Below, one piece after another: positions 19,201 through 22,200 of a DNA stretch of 24,419 nucleotides. This DNA is from Candidatus Omnitrophota bacterium. Lineage in GTDB: Bacteria; Omnitrophota; Gorgyraeia; 2-01-FULL-45-10. A program made the translations under genes and the position numbers. The stretch spans positions 708,258 through 732,676 of the forward strand of contig JAMWCX010000001.1 of the NCBI GenBank assembly GCA_023818895.1, in the 5' to 3' direction. Under the pieces are notes generated by a model that was not told the origin of the DNA, ran no database searches, and was given only the letters and a program-made list of their open reading frames with translations. Position 1 is the first letter of the stretch. Each line of letters starts with the position of its first letter.

Positions 19201-22200
19201 GAGACTACCCTTGATATAAATATCATGTGTGAGGGCGTTCAATGTCCCATTCGCCATGAAGAACGAGGCCGAGTCGGACTGGTTGTTATATTCGGTAGTT
19301 ATCCACCCTTCAGATTTTAATACGGTGGAAATGCGCATTTCGTCGAGTATTCCATTAAAATATGTTTGTGCCCCATGCACTCCGATATAAATTGGGGCGG
19401 AAGTTTGCCTTAAGGTGGGTACAGAAGTTGTCGAATAATAGCTAAAATTCATAGTTAGTTCTGCACCGTCCACAAAGACCCTCATCTGAAAATTGCTTAA
19501 AGAGCTGTCATGCTGCATTATTACATAATGCCAATCGGTTGCACTCACGCTATCTACAGAGGAACCGGAAAAAAAGGACCCTTCTGGTCTAAAGAAATAA
19601 CCGCCCATCTTGTCATTTTGCGGGCCAAATCCATAAAAGAAATCCCACGATCTAGTCTGTGTCTGAGTGGGATTACCTTTAGACATAATACAACCAGAAT
19701 GGTTAGTCGCCGGTTTTATCCATGCAGAGATAGTAAAGTTTGAAACTAACTGTAAGGTAGATGGATTTCCCAAATCGATATAACTATTGCTTCCGTTAAA
19801 ATTATCTGCTCCACCGATTTTACCTGAGTCAGTATAAATAACATTACCATAGGCGGTTCCGTTGTTATTATTTATAGTAGAATCAGTCGCATTTGTCTCT
19901 GCCATGTGCCAGACGCCGGCATATCCCTCACTCCAGACCGCCGTCTTCTGCTCGGTAGAGGCCGGATTCGTGGTGCCGTAATAGAGGTATATCCGCGTAT
20001 CCTGCGTGTCTGAGAGGTCGGCCTTGACCCAGGCAACGAGCGTCCTCGCGCCGGGGCCGCCGTCATTGTAATACTCAACTTCATACGGGATTATATCGCC
20101 GGAGGCGTTTCTGAACCTTATGGTGTAATTTGAGCCATTCTTGACGTTTGCCGCGGTAAGCTCGTCGTCGGTTACGCTAAATAGCACCGGGAAGCCAGAT
20201 ACGCCGCCTGTTCCTACCTTGGCATGATCTATGGTGATCGTCTTACGATAAGAATAACTCTCGGGCCAGCTGCCCGGCGCTCCTGCCGATATGCCGCTTT
20301 CCTTTTGTATGGCAAGGTCGCCATCTACATAAAGAGGATCGGCCAGCGTATAATTGCTTCCCGGAGCAAATATGACATTATTGAAGTGGTTTGAATTATC
20401 GTCAGCGTTGGAGGTGATCGTATTGGCAGAGGTGCCATTGAATATTACCGTGCTATTGTCGGCCGTAAACGCTCCCCCGGAATTAGTCCAGTCGCCGCCC
20501 AATGTAATGATAGTGTCGGCATCCGTACCTCTTGAAGCATCAAGGCCTCCGTATATAGTAAGGAAATGAGAAAGGGTAATGTCATAGCCGTCTGTAGCAA
20601 GCCAGTCTTCAGCTGATATAGTTAGATCTATGGCGTTAAGGTCGCTTGTGAGAATGACTGTATCAGGGCTCGAGCCGACGACTACATGGCCGAGATTGTT
20701 GCCATCTGAGTCGAGTTCAAGGTAACCATAGAGCCGCAACTGGCCGGATCCGGCGGAGTAAGTGCCTGGTGCAAGACTAACCGTCTTGTATAAACCATCA
20801 AATACGACATTGCCGTCATCCTGCGATAAGAGGCCTCCCGATATGTTGCAATTACCGCTTATCGTGAGGGCGCCTGAACCCAGAAGCACCTCACCCCCTG
20901 TCTGTGTATAGTCGCCGTAGATTGTAATCGCAGTATCATTGGTCCTGGCATCAACAATAAGAGAACCTCCACCGGTATTTGTTATCTCTGCGTCCCCCAG
21001 TTGATATATATAAGGCGTATTGTAGGTTAGCTGCCGTGTCTGGGACGATAGATTGCGGATGATGCCGTCATAAATAACAAATCCCGCCGCGGAATTAACC
21101 GTAATATCACGATCGGATAGGTCCATTATGACAAGGGAATTATTTATACTGCCGCCGCCGCCTGTTAGGTTCACGTCTCCTTTAATGACAAATGTGGAAT
21201 CGTCTATATTAAGGAACCCCGAACCGGAACGACCGAAGCCGCCCACACTTACTGTATTGCCGCCGGCTATAAAGGTGCCTCCTGTAAGATCAAACAAATT
21301 GTTGACTGTGAGCGGGCCAATCACATAACGGTCGCCGGATATAACGGAAAGATTATTGAACAAGCTTGAACCCGCATACATAGTGCCGCTGCCATTAAGA
21401 TTAACGGTCTGAGCTCCGCCGCCGTGAGTGAAGGTACCGTTATTGACCCAGTTGCCGGCGACGGTGATATTATTCGCGTCCGCATTGAGCGTCGCGCCGC
21501 TGTCGATGATCAGGTTGCCAGCCACGATCAAAGGATCGCCCAGCGTCGCAGAGGCAGGCTGGGAGATGATTCCTTGGCCGTATGACGGGCCGTTGCGCGG
21601 CGTGCCGTTCCTGCCGTTGCCTGAATAGTCGTTCGTATTGCCGTCAAAATGCCAGCCGGCGATGAGATCTGGGCGCGCCGTTCCATATGTGTGGTTGGAG
21701 TACATGGAAGCGATCTCTCCCGCCGAAAGCTCGCTTGCATATACGGCCATTTCGTCAATTAAACCATTGGTGTACCAGCTTGCGTCTGAACGCAATCCTA
21801 TCTTCAACATACTATCATTATTGGCTAACGGCCCTGTATACCAGTCTTTTATCCAATTACCGTTAATATAGGCGCTGTTCCAGCCATCCGTACCGTGTGT
21901 CGCGGTGAGAAAAACCCATTCGTTGGTAGGAATGACGGTGGTGAGATTGGTATAGGGTAGATATCCGTTGTAGCGCCCATTACCGAACCTTAAGTCGCCG
22001 GTTATCCCGCTGGAGTTTATACCCCACCATACGCCTCCATAGTAAGGAGGTGATTCTGCCCAACTATACACGCAGGTGGCCGACCCATACGACCTAAGAT
22101 AGACCCATAAACTTATACTGAAACCTGTCCCGCCATAATTATCTGGGTCTATAATAATAGAATCAATATACTGGTTCACGCCGTTTAGATCGATCGCCTG

